The notes under the pieces: model-generated | Databases searched by the model: none | The model's input: the letters and a program-made list of their open reading frames with translations, nothing else | Told to the model about the DNA's origin: nothing | Program-made: the position numbers and the translations under genes | In this document: one piece after another, positions 15,440 to 24,192 of the stretch | Layout: each line of letters opens with the position of its first letter | How positions within the stretch are numbered: the stretch's first letter is position 1 | NCBI GenBank assembly: GCA_949744025.1 | Contig: CATJWA010000179.1 | Location: 1-28,621 of the forward strand | From: an uncultured Eubacteriales bacterium | GTDB taxonomy: Bacteria; Bacillota; Clostridia; Oscillospirales; Oscillospiraceae | Direction of reading: 5' to 3' | Length of the DNA stretch: 28,621 nt

Positions 15440-18400
15440 TTAAAAACCTGTTTTCGGGAGCACCGTTGTGTTTGTCGGGTTCAGGTTTCTTACAATCGTC
15501 ACCCAGCCGGCGTTGCCCGTCTCCCATGTGCCGCCGTACCTGCCTCCGGCGTCGGCCCTGTTTGTCACCTGGTAGCCGTTGGCCGCCGTGGGACTGACCT
15601 GCACGGTAAGTGTAGGCTGCGTCGTGGACTTGAAGCCCGCGGGGACGGTACCGAAGTCAAAGTAGATATCCGTTATGACCTCACCGGACGAGAGCGTCAG
15701 AGCGTTAAGCCTGAAGGAGTAGCTGTTCGTGGTCAGCAGATTGCTCGCCAGCACCCTGTAATCGTTGTAGTTTGTCCTGTACAGTATGCGGTAGTTCAGG
15801 CGCTGGTTATATGTGCCTGTTGTAAGAGCCGTGGCGCTGGTGATGTCGTAGGGGAGCTTGTCGTGCCAGAAGAAGCTCTCAAGATCCACATTGGACGTGT
15901 TGGCAATCTTAAAGCGGTAGGTCATCTGGTCCCCCGCCAGCACTTCCTTCACTCCGGTTTTCGTTATGGTCACGCCCAGAGACGAGGGCCTGTCATAATC
16001 CGCGACCTTTATTATCTGCCCTGCGTACTCCAGCGTCACATCAAAGGTCTGGCCTGAAAGCTGCCAGTAGGCGGGGGCGGAAACCTCCCGTATCAGGTAG
16101 CGCCCCAGCGGCAGCGTGACAGCCGCGACGCCCCGCGCGTCTGTGACGATCTGGCCGACGACGGCGCCGCTGCGCTCCCTGACCACCTCGTACACCGCGC
16201 CCTGAAGCGTGCTGCCCTTAGCCTGCCCCGTGACGGGGTTATCCTCCGCGGCATACTTGATGATCTGTACCTGCGCCATTATAGGCGTGTTCTGCCATTC
16301 CACCGTGGTATTTCTTCCTGCCCTGACCGTGACCGTCTTGTACTGGGTATCGAGGATATAGCCCTCGGCCGCCTCAAGCTCGCGCAGCAGATATTTTCCC
16401 GCCGTAAGCTCTTTGGAGGTATAGGCATAGCCGTACTGGTCCGTGACAATCTGCTCAACGGGGTTCTTGTCCGTGTCATAGAGCATGAAGGTCACGCCGT
16501 AAATCCCCGCGCCGCTGGCGCTGTCGGTCTTATGAATTGTTATTCCGCTGAAGGGCTTGTTGGTTATGGTCTTGGACGTTGTTTTGCCGTCCTTGACTTC
16601 AAAATACACGGGCGTCGGGTCGCATTTATATCCCTCTGCCGCGGCGATTTCAATCGCGTAGTAGCTGCCGCTCTCCAGAGCATGGAAGGCGCGGCCATTC
16701 TTATCCGTCGTGACTGTTGCAACCAGAGCGTCGTCCATCCTGCGTATCTCGAAGGTGGTGTTGGGTATGCGCTTCGAGCGGTCCGCCTCGCTGACCTTTA
16801 TGAGCTCCACGCCGCCGGTGGGCGTATTGTAGAAGGTCAGTACCTGCCCGTCGTCGGCATTAACCGTGACGGTCTGCGTTTTTGTACCTTCGTCGATGGT
16901 GTAGCCCTCAATGGTCTGCTCCTCCGTCACCACCAGCGTGCCTGTTATACCGCTTATGACGATCTCTCCGTTCTTGTCCGTATAATACAGGCCGTTGCTG
17001 GATACTTTGCCGCCGGTGTTATCCACAAATCTACCGTCGGCGTAGGTGATCTTGAAGGTGACGCCGGTGAGAGGCTGATTTGTCACGCTGTCCAACTTGC
17101 GGATAGTGAGGGAGCCTGTCCTGCGATTCCAGAAGGTCAGGTGCTGCACCTCACCGCTTTTTATCTGAATGCTCTGGGGCGTACCGTCAAACACAAAGCC
17201 GTCCACCGTGGATATCTCACGCGCGGTCACGTCCGTGCCCGGCTCAAGGCCGGAGATAACGATCTCGCCGGAGGCGTCCGTATAATAAATACCCGCATCG
17301 GGCCCCACGACGGCGCCGCTGCCGTCCGTGACCTTGAAGCACACGCCGGCAAGGGGCTCATAGTCGCTGCCGCTTATGTACTTGCGGATAATCAGAGTTG
17401 TGGTAGGTTCATTGTCGAAGGTCAGGCTGTTGGCGGCGCCGCTGCGCACAACTATGGTCTTGGCCTCACTGTCCCTGAGGTAGCCTGCCGGCGCTTTTTC
17501 CTCCGTTACGATCAGCGTCGCATTTGGCTTAAGGCCGGAAACGGTCACGGTGCCGTCGCTGCCGGTGGTATAGCGCCCGTTGTTCGGCCCCACGACCGTG
17601 CCGTCGCTGTACTTCACATGGAACTCAGCCCCGCACAGGGGCTCCTTTGTGGCAGCGTCCCGCTTCAGGAGCGTGAGCGTACAGAGCGGGTCGTCGGCCA
17701 CTGTTACCGTCTGAGTATCCGCGCCGCGTACGACGATTGCATGGGACGAGGCGGCAAGGCGGTAATTCTCCGGTGCTTTTGTTTCGGTAATTATGTATGT
17801 AGCGGGCGTCAGATTGGTCAGATAAATCTGACCGTTGGCGTCGGTCACATACAGGCCACTGCTGCTGGTAAGGCCCTCGTTGCCGTCGGCCAGCGTACCG
17901 TCCGAGGTCGTGATACGAAACTCCGCGCCGGCCAGAGGCTCCTTCGTTATGCTGTCGATCTTCTGTACCACAAGCGAGCCTTTCGGGGTATTTGTAATAT
18001 TCAGGGTCTGTGTATCGTTGGTATTGACAACGATGCTGTGAGCGGTGGTGTCCAGGATATAGCCCGAAATTGTTGCTGTTTCCGTCACGATATAAGTGTC
18101 CGGCTTGAGTCCGGTCAGTATGATCTGACCGTTGGCGTCGGTCACGTACTCCCCGTTGGAGGATATGCTCCCGCCCTTGTTCGCCACATACTCACCCGAG
18201 GAGGTTTTCACCGTGAAGGTCACGCCCTTCAGGGGCGCCCCTGTTACGGAGTCTCGCTTCTGGATTATAAGGCTGCCGTGGGGCGCGTTGCGAAACTCAA
18301 GGCTTACGGTGTGTCCCGCGCGCACCTTGACTGTCTGCGGCGTATCGTCCAGCACATAGCCGTCCCTGGCGCGTGTCTCCTTAACTATTAGCGTTGTGGA

Positions 18401-21400
18401 CGGGTCAAGGCTGTCTATGAGGACAGTGCCCGCGGAGTCGGTGACGAATTTGCCGTTGGCGTTTCCGATCAGCGTACCCTCGCTGTCGGTTACCAGAAAC
18501 TCAACGTCAGACAGGGGCTCATGGGTAACGGCGTCTATTTTCTTTATGAGGACGCTGCCCTTGGGGGTGTTGCCAAAATAGAGCTCCACTACGTCTGTCT
18601 GCTTTCCGCTGATGTAAGCGGTCTGCGGCGCGGAGTCTATCACATGGCCGCTGTCGCTGGACAGCTCCTCCACGATATATGCGCCCTCGGAAAGTCCGGT
18701 CACGGTAAAGCTGCCGTTGGGTCCGGTCGTGTAGGTGCCTATTACCGTGCCTCCGGTGCCGCTGGTGTCCGTGAGCTTCTTCACCTGAAAGCGCGCTCCT
18801 GTTACCGCCGTGCCGTCCACGCTGTCATACTTGTACACCACAAGGGCGCTCAGGGGTATATTCTCGAAAGTCAGGACGCGGTCCTCGCCGCCCTTTATAT
18901 ACACCTCCTGTGTGGCCTCTTTTATGGAGTAGCCCTCCACCGCTTCCAGCTCGGTTATGGTGTACCAGCCGTCGCTCAGGTCAGTAAGCCTGAACTGGCC
19001 GTTGCCGTCGGAGAGAAAATTACCGAGGTTCCTCATGGCTCCGCTTTCGGTGTTATTACTGCGGTAGGTCACCTGGAACTTTGCTCCCTTTAGCGGTTCG
19101 CCGCTGACGGAGGAAACCTTACTTACCGTCAGCGAGGGCTTCGCGTGGTTTGTAAAGATTACGGTACCCAGCTTGTTGGCCGTGAGGGTAATAAGCTGCG
19201 AGGACTGCCGCGCCGGAAGATAGCCCACGGGCGGTGTCTGCTCAATGACCTCGTAAACGCCGGGGGCCATGTTTTTCAGAATGATCTCGCCCTTGCCGTT
19301 TGTCTCCTCGGCGGTCAGGGTGGCCCCGTCCGCTTTCTTCACCTTGAATACCGCGCCGGGCAGATACTCTCCGGTGTCCGCGTCCTTCTTGACAATTCTC
19401 AGGTCGGGCTTTACGTCGTTGCTGACCACAAGCTGCGAGGTCTGGCCCGCGAACAGCTCGACATGGTACTCGGTTTTGTCCAGCACATAGTTGTCCGGCG
19501 CTGCCATCTCCTGAACCGAGTAAACGCCCTGCTCTAAGTCGCTGATGTTTATTTCTCCGTTTATATCCGTCACGCGGTCAAGATAATGTGTGCCGTCCTC
19601 AATTCCGGCGATGCGGAATGTGGCCCCCGCAATGCGCTCTCCGCTCAGGCTGTCTATCTTCACCAGCTTGAAGGACGGTTTCAGCGTATTGGTAAAGACG
19701 AACTCGGCGTTGTCGCCGCCCTCTATGCGAATAATCCGCTGCGCGTCGTCTATGAGGTAATGCTCCGGCGCGGACAATTCAACCACGGTATAGCTGCCGG
19801 GCTCCATCCCCGTCAGGTCTATCTCACCGTTTGCGTCGGTGGTGTATTCCTGGCTGAAGGTCCCGCCAACCTGAGTGACGCGAAACTTCGCGTTGGCCAG
19901 CGGCTGCATGGTCTGAGCGTCCACCTTGCGGAGATGTATGCCGGGCTTCAAGTAGTTGAAGAAAATAAGGTTATACATTTCCGTCGCGCCCTCGACGAGC
20001 TCGATGGACTGGGGCGTGGAGTTTATAACATGGGAATCCGGCGCGGCGATTTCCTGCGCGGTATAAGTGCCGGGCTCAAGGTCATAGAGATAGATCTCGC
20101 CGCCGCGGTCGGTGGTGTACTCGCCGATCAGCTCGGTGTCCTTGTACACCGCAAAGGTCACGTCCGCCAGCGGCTTCATGGTCTGGGCGTCGTATTTAAC
20201 TATCCGCAGCGCGGGCATGAGCTTGTTTGTAATTCTGAGAACAGGGTCCTCGCCCGTGGCGGGGTCAAGGGCGTCGATGTGCATGCCGTGGCGCGACGTG
20301 TCCAGCACGTATCCGTAGGGCGCGACACGCTCCACCGCCTCGTAATAGCCCTCGCTGACGCCGCTGACGGTGGCGATGCCCTGCTCGTTGGTACGGACCG
20401 AGTCGATCAATTCGCCGTCCTTGTAGATGTCGAAGTAGGCGCCGGACAGGGGGATATTGGTATTCGCATCCACCTTCAGGATTTTGAAGCCCGGCTTCCG
20501 GACGTTGGTGAAGTACAGGTCTACATCAGCCTTACCGTCCCAGTTGACGGTCTTTACGGCATTGTCCTTTTCGTAGCCCTCGGGAGCGGACAGCTCGGAA
20601 ACGCGGTAGGAGCCGTAGGGCAGCCTGTCGGGAGTAAACTCAATAAGCCCGTCGGCTCCCGTGCGTCCCTCGGTTATGAAGTCACCGTCTACCTGCTCGA
20701 AGCGGAAGAGCGCGCCCTCTAAAGAATAGCCGCTCTGTTTGTCCTGCTTGTGGATACGTAAGGTATTCTCGGAGGAGTCGCTCACGGTGACATATACCGT
20801 CTGTCCGGCTTTCGCGGTGATGGTGACGGGCTCCGTGAGCCGGTAGCCCTCCGGCGCCAGGGTCTCGGTAATTGTATAGCCCTGATCCGTGGGAAGTCCG
20901 GTCCAGGTGATGGAGCCGTCGCTGCCGGTTGTGCCGCTGTCGTGGTAGCCGCCGCTGCCATCTATGTCGAACTCGGCATCGGCCAGGGCGGCGCCGTTTT
21001 CATCGGTTTTCAGCAGGCGTATGCTGCCCGTCTCCGGAACATCCGTGCCGCTCTCGCCCCATTTCAGGTAGCCCGCCGCGCTGCTTGTGGCGCTGTTGGG
21101 GTCGGCGATGATGAAGTCCTGCTCGTAGGCGTGACTGTTTTCCACCTTGTAGAAGGTGCAGGAGGCAACGGCCGCCGCGGCCTGCACGGTCACGCTTCCC
21201 GCCGTTTCCGCTTCGGCGGCGGCCGCGGGGACGCAGATCTTGAAGATGCCGGAATACTCTGAGCCGCCGGCGGTCAGGGTAACAGCGCCGCCGCTCAGGA
21301 TACGGTTGGAGGCGTCAGCCAATACCGTTCCCGCGGGTGCTCCGGTGGTCTGGAGCTTTACGCTGCCGCTGTCGGGCATGGCCGTGCAGGTCAGGACAAA

Positions 21401-22117
21401 CTCGCGGGTGTAATATTTCTTTCCTCCGATGGTTTCGGTTTTGATCCCGCCGTAGTTTTCCATTGCAGCTCTGGAAAGTGAGGTGTCAGTTCCCAAATCG
21501 ACAGTATCGTTGTCGGAGTCCGCGTTTGCGCGAATACGCATTCCTACGTTTGCGGCGCCGCCGGAGCTGTTGAGTATGGCCAGCACAGCGTTATACACGC
21601 GGAGCTTGGCCGCATCCGTGGGGCGGAACACAGTCTCCGAGCCGGCGGTGTAGGAGGTGCCATCCACGGCCACCTGGCCCAGCGTCGCCCAGACCGCAAC
21701 CTGCGTCGCGTAGCCGTACTCGTCCTGAGTTATGCCGTTTGTCTCAGGATGCAGTGAAGTGAAAGTCGCAAGAGGCACCAGCGGGTAGCCGCTTGAGAAC
21801 GCCGCCGTCATTTTCGGGTTCCCGGTATAGGGCGTGGTGTTCACGGCGATATAGCCGTTAGGATAACCGCTGCCGTGGTTAGTGCAGTATGCCGGACCGT
21901 TAATCTTGCCGTCCGCGGTGACGTAACTCCATATACGGCCGGAAAGGGGCCAGGTGTATTCTCCGCTTTTTACGTCAAGATAGGTGTGCGGTATTTCGCT
22001 GCGTATCATCACGTTGACCCCGTTGGGATAGCTGTCTATGGAGTCCGCGAATACCTGCGGAGTCAGGGACAGCACCATCACCATGACGAGGAGCAATGCT
22101 GTAAGTCGTTTTTTCAT
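15440..22117 (-). CDS. Large surface adhesin: thioester (TQxA) domain + many SpaA/CnaB-type Ig-like repeats + terminal LPKTG
   Basis: Signal peptide; AYC78TNHG, ATQVAVW and EQ333DFII; over a dozen L-x-I-x-K-x-D...E-x-x-AP-x-GY...F-x-N repeats; DUF11-like final domain; ends VLPKTGF-stop. Confidence 0.9.
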   Translation of the reverse strand: MKKRLTALLLVMVMVLSLTPQVFADSIDSYPNGVNVMIRSEIPHTYLDVKSGEYTWPLSGRIWSYVTADGKINGPAYCTNHGSGYPNGYIAVNTTPYTGNPKMTAAFSSGYPLVPLATFTSLHPETNGITQDEYGYATQVAVWATLGQVAVDGTSYTAGSETVFRPTDAAKLRVYNAVLAILNSSGGAANVGMRIRANADSDNDTVDLGTDTSLSRAAMENYGGIKTETIGGKKYYTREFVLTCTAMPDSGSVKLQTTGAPAGTVLADASNRILSGGAVTLTAGGSEYSGIFKICVPAAAAEAETAGSVTVQAAAAVASCTFYKVENSHAYEQDFIIADPNSATSSAAGYLKWGESGTDVPETGSIRLLKTDENGAALADAEFDIDGSGGYHDSGTTGSDGSITWTGLPTDQGYTITETLAPEGYRLTEPVTITAKAGQTVYVTVSDSSENTLRIHKQDKQSGYSLEGALFRFEQVDGDFITEGRTGADGLIEFTPDRLPYGSYRVSELSAPEGYEKDNAVKTVNWDGKADVDLYFTNVRKPGFKILKVDANTNIPLSGAYFDIYKDGELIDSVRTNEQGIATVSGVSEGYYEAVERVAPYGYVLDTSRHGMHIDALDPATGEDPVLRITNKLMPALRIVKYDAQTMKPLADVTFAVYKDTELIGEYTTDRGGEIYLYDLEPGTYTAQEIAAPDSHVINSTPQSIELVEGATEMYNLIFFNYLKPGIHLRKVDAQTMQPLANAKFRVTQVGGTFSQEYTTDANGEIDLTGMEPGSYTVVELSAPEHYLIDDAQRIIRIEGGDNAEFVFTNTLKPSFKLVKIDSLSGERIAGATFRIAGIEDGTHYLDRVTDINGEINISDLEQGVYSVQEMAAPDNYVLDKTEYHVELFAGQTSQLVVSNDVKPDLRIVKKDADTGEYLPGAVFKVKKADGATLTAEETNGKGEIILKNMAPGVYEVIEQTPPVGYLPARQSSQLITLTANKLGTVIFTNHAKPSLTVSKVSSVSGEPLKGAKFQVTYRSNNTESGAMRNLGNFLSDGNGQFRLTDLSDGWYTITELEAVEGYSIKEATQEVYIKGGEDRVLTFENIPLSALVVYKYDSVDGTAVTGARFQVKKLTDTSGTGGTVIGTYTTGPNGSFTVTGLSEGAYIVEELSSDSGHVIDSAPQTAYISGKQTDVVELYFGNTPKGSVLIKKIDAVTHEPLSDVEFLVTDSEGTLIGNANGKFVTDSAGTVLIDSLDPSTTLIVKETRARDGYVLDDTPQTVKVRAGHTVSLEFRNAPHGSLIIQKRDSVTGAPLKGVTFTVKTSSGEYVANKGGSISSNGEYVTDANGQIILTGLKPDTYIVTETATISGYILDTTAHSIVVNTNDTQTLNITNTPKGSLVVQKIDSITKEPLAGAEFRITTSDGTLADGNEGLTSSSGLYVTDANGQIYLTNLTPATYIITETKAPENYRLAASSHAIVVRGADTQTVTVADDPLCTLTLLKRDAATKEPLCGAEFHVKYSDGTVVGPNNGRYTTGSDGTVTVSGLKPNATLIVTEEKAPAGYLRDSEAKTIVVRSGAANSLTFDNEPTTTLIIRKYISGSDYEPLAGVCFKVTDGSGAVVGPDAGIYYTDASGEIVISGLEPGTDVTAREISTVDGFVFDGTPQSIQIKSGEVQHLTFWNRRTGSLTIRKLDSVTNQPLTGVTFKITYADGRFVDNTGGKVSSNGLYYTDKNGEIVISGITGTLVVTEEQTIEGYTIDEGTKTQTVTVNADDGQVLTFYNTPTGGVELIKVSEADRSKRIPNTTFEIRRMDDALVATVTTDKNGRAFHALESGSYYAIEIAAAEGYKCDPTPVYFEVKDGKTTSKTITNKPFSGITIHKTDSASGAGIYGVTFMLYDTDKNPVEQIVTDQYGYAYTSKELTAGKYLLRELEAAEGYILDTQYKTVTVRAGRNTTVEWQNTPIMAQVQIIKYAAEDNPVTGQAKGSTLQGAVYEVVRERSGAVVGQIVTDARGVAAVTLPLGRYLIREVSAPAYWQLSGQTFDVTLEYAGQIIKVADYDRPSSLGVTITKTGVKEVLAGDQMTYRFKIANTSNVDLESFFWHDKLPYDITSATALTTGTYNQRLNYRILYRTNYNDYRVLASNLLTTNSYSFRLNALTLSSGEVITDIYFDFGTVPAGFKSTTQPTLTVQVSPTAANGYQVTNRADAGGRYGGTWETGNAGWVTIVRNLNPTNTTVLPKTGF

Positions 22118-22151
22118 AGAGTTCTCCTTATAAGTTTGGATTTTTGAGTAT

Positions 22152-22188
22152 GAAAAAGAGCCAGACCTCTGCGGTCTGACTCTTTTTC
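22152..22188 (-). terminator. Intrinsic terminator downstream of the transglutaminase-like gene
   Basis: GAAAAAGAG-C-CAGACC-TCTGC-GGTCTG-A-CTCTTTTTC; the mismatch becomes a U-G pair on the minus transcript and is followed by a U5 tract. Confidence 0.8.
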
Positions 22189-22212
22189 CTTATGACGCGA
22201 GTATTATCGCCT

Positions 22213-23214
22213 TTACTTTGTGGAGCCGGGTACCAGAAGCTCCATCAGGAATTTGTTTCCCTCCGGATTATTTGGCTGCTTGTGAGGTGTATCGCTGAAC
22301 AGCAGGTAATCATGGCCGTAGACCTGGTCGTTCAAACTGACGTCTGTGTAGCTCCACTCACCGTCCACATAGATCATGTTCCAGCTGTGAGACTCTCCAG
22401 AAACTACAATACAGGGGATACCGACCCGAGCACACAGATAGTTCATCAGTCCGGCATAACTGGTACAGTTTCCCTCTACCGGCTCATGGGCTTCGGTGAT
22501 CTCATTCGGACCCACGACTATCTTGGGATTGTAAATCATGTGCTCGCAGATCCACTCGTTTAGGCGCGTTACTTTCTCCCTGTCGGTGCTCATTTGACCG
22601 ACCTCGCGGATCAGCTCCGCCGTGGCCATGTCTGCTGTATTGCGATCTACTTTGATAGAATAGATTTCATACATATCACCTCCACGGTCATTTACTGAAA
22701 GAGTTGTACCATTCGCAAGATTCACCAGTAAATGCTCAAACTTCTGACGGTTGCTATAGCTTGAAAAGTAGACCGGAGCCCGTTTGGAGAAATCCCCAGC
22801 ACGGGCTGCTTCCAGCACCTCATAGGCGGCGTTATACGCCTCGCGTGAATAGAATCCGGTGAATATCTCCGGATTTGCCGCCGCGCTGTGATCCGTTGCG
22901 GATAGAGTCTCATTTGTGGGCTCCGGTGCCGCTGTAATTATGTCGGGGGCCTGCCCCGTGTAGGACGCGCCGCTTTCGATATGCACCGCGCCGTCCCAGT
23001 ACACATTAAAGTTTGCCGCCTGTCCGATGTCACGCAGCTTCACATAGTTGGCCCCGTCGATCAGGTAGGCTTCCAGCTTCACGCGCTGCCCGTCCACATA
23101 GACAACCTGCGCGCTGCGCTCGGCGAGGATACCGGACGCCGCGTAAGCTATGCCGCCGCCGAAAAACACCGCGCCTGCCAGCACGCCTGTTATAAACGAA
23201 ATAGTCCTTTTCAT
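22213..23214 (-). CDS. Secreted transglutaminase-like cysteine protease-fold protein with N-terminal copper-amine-oxidase-N/stalk-like domain
   Basis: Signal peptide; LEAYLIDGANYVKLRDIG stalk-like motif; GNCTSYA...HSWNMI...YTDVS Cys-His-Asp triad. Confidence 0.82.
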   Translation of the reverse strand: MKRTISFITGVLAGAVFFGGGIAYAASGILAERSAQVVYVDGQRVKLEAYLIDGANYVKLRDIGQAANFNVYWDGAVHIESGASYTGQAPDIITAAPEPTNETLSATDHSAAANPEIFTGFYSREAYNAAYEVLEAARAGDFSKRAPVYFSSYSNRQKFEHLLVNLANGTTLSVNDRGGDMYEIYSIKVDRNTADMATAELIREVGQMSTDREKVTRLNEWICEHMIYNPKIVVGPNEITEAHEPVEGNCTSYAGLMNYLCARVGIPCIVVSGESHSWNMIYVDGEWSYTDVSLNDQVYGHDYLLFSDTPHKQPNNPEGNKFLMELLVPGSTK

Positions 23215-23231
23215 TCCCGCTCAAATCCTTT

Positions 23232-23279
23232 CTGTATTATCTTGCTTCAAACATAATACAGGCCGAGAAGGTTTGTCAA
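23232..23279 (-). promoter_or_regulatory. Candidate promoter/operator of the transglutaminase-like gene
   Basis: TTGACA (23279-23274) and TATTAT (23258-23253) with only a 15-nt spacer; 9-bp inverted repeat CTGTATTAT-N12-ATAATACAG (23232-23261) overlaps the -10. Confidence 0.5.
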
Positions 23280-23352
23280 AGGTTTTTCTTAAATACCTAT
23301 GCCGCCAAAACGAAAAGCCAGTGTTTTCAATGCTTTGCGGCGCTTAGGGTCC

Positions 23353-24192
23353 TTAAATTTTTTCTGTCGCCTGCACACAGACGCGGCTTTCCGGATGCCC
23401 GGCGAGGCAGGTCGTAATGGTGAGCATGTTGTCCGCCGAGGGCTGCAAACGGCTCCAGTCGGTGTTGGAAATTACGCCCACATAGGACACGGCGTATGTG
23501 CGCGTGCCGTACACCGTCTCGTAGGTGATCGTGTCGCCGATGCTCAGGTCCTTGATGGCCCCGATCACATATCTCGCGCCGCGGTTATGCCCGCACAGAC
23601 ACACGTTTCCGTCCCAGCCGGAGGTAGATGAGTAATGGGCCATGCCCTTTGCCATGCTCTCGTTCGTCTCTCCCTCCCAGACCTTCATGCAGATATCCAG
23701 AGAGGGTATGCTTACCGCGCCTATACTTCCGTCGCCGCGCACCATACCGGATGCACTGGTATACGCGGTCTGCTTGTACACCGCCTGCGCGCCGAGTGCG
23801 GCTCCCGCGGCGGCTCCGGACGCCTCGTAGATGACCGTGCCCCCTGTGCTTGAAACGCCGTAGCTCACAGCCGCGTTATTGCCGCCGTAGGTCAGCTTAT
23901 TCCCATAAAGCGGGGCTTTTTCCATCGAGCCGCTCAGTGTATTGCTCTCCGTTCCGTAGGGCAGGTCCGGAATCTTGAAGTCCGAGACATTGCTACCGCC
24001 GTAATTGTACGCGGCGCCGTAGACATCCTCGTAGCTCTGGGAGGGATAGAACTCCGCCGCGGCAGCGCCGGAAAAGCTGTATTCATCCGCGCTGGCTCCC
24101 ATGCTCAGCGCGGCGCACAGGCAGGCCGCGGCTATTGAGCTGGTAAAAATGTTTTTAAGTCTGGTTTTCGTATCTGTCGTCCTCCGTTTCAT
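23353..24192 (-). CDS. Sortase (class D-like)
   Basis: LCGHNRG, TITTC and ESRVCV give the His/Cys/Arg triad; N-terminal signal peptide-like segment; exact start uncertain. Confidence 0.88.
   Translation of the reverse strand: MKRRTTDTKTRLKNIFTSSIAAACLCAALSMGASADEYSFSGAAAAEFYPSQSYEDVYGAAYNYGGSNVSDFKIPDLPYGTESNTLSGSMEKAPLYGNKLTYGGNNAAVSYGVSSTGGTVIYEASGAAAGAALGAQAVYKQTAYTSASGMVRGDGSIGAVSIPSLDICMKVWEGETNESMAKGMAHYSSTSGWDGNVCLCGHNRGARYVIGAIKDLSIGDTITYETVYGTRTYAVSYVGVISNTDWSRLQPSADNMLTITTCLAGHPESRVCVQATEKI

Noticed and set aside
16532-20722. Long plus-strand ORFs (619, 378, 190 aa and others) antisense to the adhesin
   Set aside because: Shadow frames of a GC-rich gene; no RBS or recognisable domains. 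The same applies to antisense ORFs over virD4, virB4, virB6 and parB.
23299-23345. Imperfect GCCGC...GCGGC stem after the sortase stop, sharing GCCGCAAAGC with ~7129-7138
   Set aside because: Large loop, weak pairing and opposite orientation; not distinguishable from chance.
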